From NCBI RefSeq assembly GCF_963921235.1, contig NC_086108.1, positions 65,226,001-65,290,000 on the forward strand: a DNA stretch of 64,000 bases. The letters are read 5' to 3'. Source of the stretch: Mobula hypostoma (taxonomy: Eukaryota). Shown here piece after piece: positions 63,050 through 64,000 of the stretch. Position 1 is the stretch's first letter; every line of letters starts with the position of its first letter. A program made the translations under genes and the position numbers. A model generated the notes under the pieces. The model made no database searches. It was not told the DNA's origin and was given only the letters and a program-made list of their open reading frames with translations.

Positions 63050-64000
63050 GAGCTGGGAAGGTTTAGGCATAAAAGGGAGACACTGCTAGCGGAGCACTCA
63101 TTGACAGAGTAGTCTGAGGCAGAGTGGTAGGGCTTTGGCTCATTCGGGCTTCGGCGAGGAAAGTGGGTAAATGCACTTCATTTTTTTTTCCTTGCATTTT
63201 TTTTCTGGAGGGAAGAGAGCATGTCTGTATGGTTAGTACTTTGCACTGGGTGTCAGATGTGGGAATCCTGGGAACCTTCCAGTCTCCTAGATGGCCACAT
63301 CTGTGCCAGGTGCACCAAGCTGAAGCTTCTGAGAGACCGTGTTAGGCTCCTGATGACCTACAGCTTATTAAGGAAAGTGAGCAGGATATAAATAGAAACT
63401 ACAAGGAGTTAGTCATGCTGAGGCTGCAGGAGTTAGACAAGTGGGTGACTGTCAGGAAAGGGAAGGCTCAGATAGTAGAGAGCACCCTTCTGGCCATCCC
63501 CCTCAGTAATTGTTATCTCATTTTGGATGCTGTTGAGGGGGAAAACCTGACAAAGGACGACCACAGCAATCGGGTCTCTGCCATTGAGCCTGGTTTTGTG
63601 GTGTGGAAAGGAGGGAAGATGATGAGGAATGCGGTAGTCATAGGGGATTCAATAGTGGGGGGAACAGACAGGAGGGTCTGTCAGCCTGATAGAGACACCC
63701 GCATGGTATGTTGCCTCCCAGCTGCCAGGGCACAGATGTCTCGGATCGGGTGCAGAGTATTCTGAAGGGAGAAGGTGAACAGCCAGAAATCTTGGTACAT
63801 GTTGGTACCAATGACATAGGTAGAAAAAAGGGAGGAGGTCCTGAAGAGAGAATTCAGTGAGTTGGGTAGGAAGCTGAAAAGTAGGACCTCCAGAGCAGCA
63901 ATCTCAGGATTGCTGCCTGTGCCACATCATAACAAGTGCAAGAATAGCATGATCAGGCATATTAATGCATGGCTGAGAGACTGGTGTAAGGTAGCGGTCC
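63050..64000 (+). mobile_element. 5' end of a CR1 LINE with degenerate ORF1 (zinc-finger/coiled region and SGNH esterase)
   Basis: VVIGDSIV, VCCLP and VHVGTNDIG motifs. Runs off the window end. Confidence 0.85.

Overview
Repeat-dense vertebrate genomic DNA. The mix of CR1, Rex1/Babar-like, RTE, DeuSINE, V-SINE, Penelope and Gypsy elements suggests a cartilaginous fish (inference). No host protein-coding gene is confidently recognised, and almost all listed ORFs are transposon pseudogene fragments. The main structure is an ancient gamma/epsilon-like endogenous retrovirus (~2395-18640) inserted in an old LINE. It keeps both LTRs, gag late domains, capsid, NC, protease, a 2H-phosphoesterase-like module, the start of RT and integrase, and is broken up by several levels of nested insertions. 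The window also holds a near-complete Gypsy element (23067-27956) and two young Penelope-like insertions with inverted arms and minimal hammerhead ribozymes. A 208-bp Penelope fold-back derivative, an RTE-derived element whose 5' end folds as an HDV-like ribozyme with an extended L3, and a Tc1 transposon are also present. A few weak candidate exons lie on the minus strand. All calls were made by eye, without database searches, and many boundaries are approximate.
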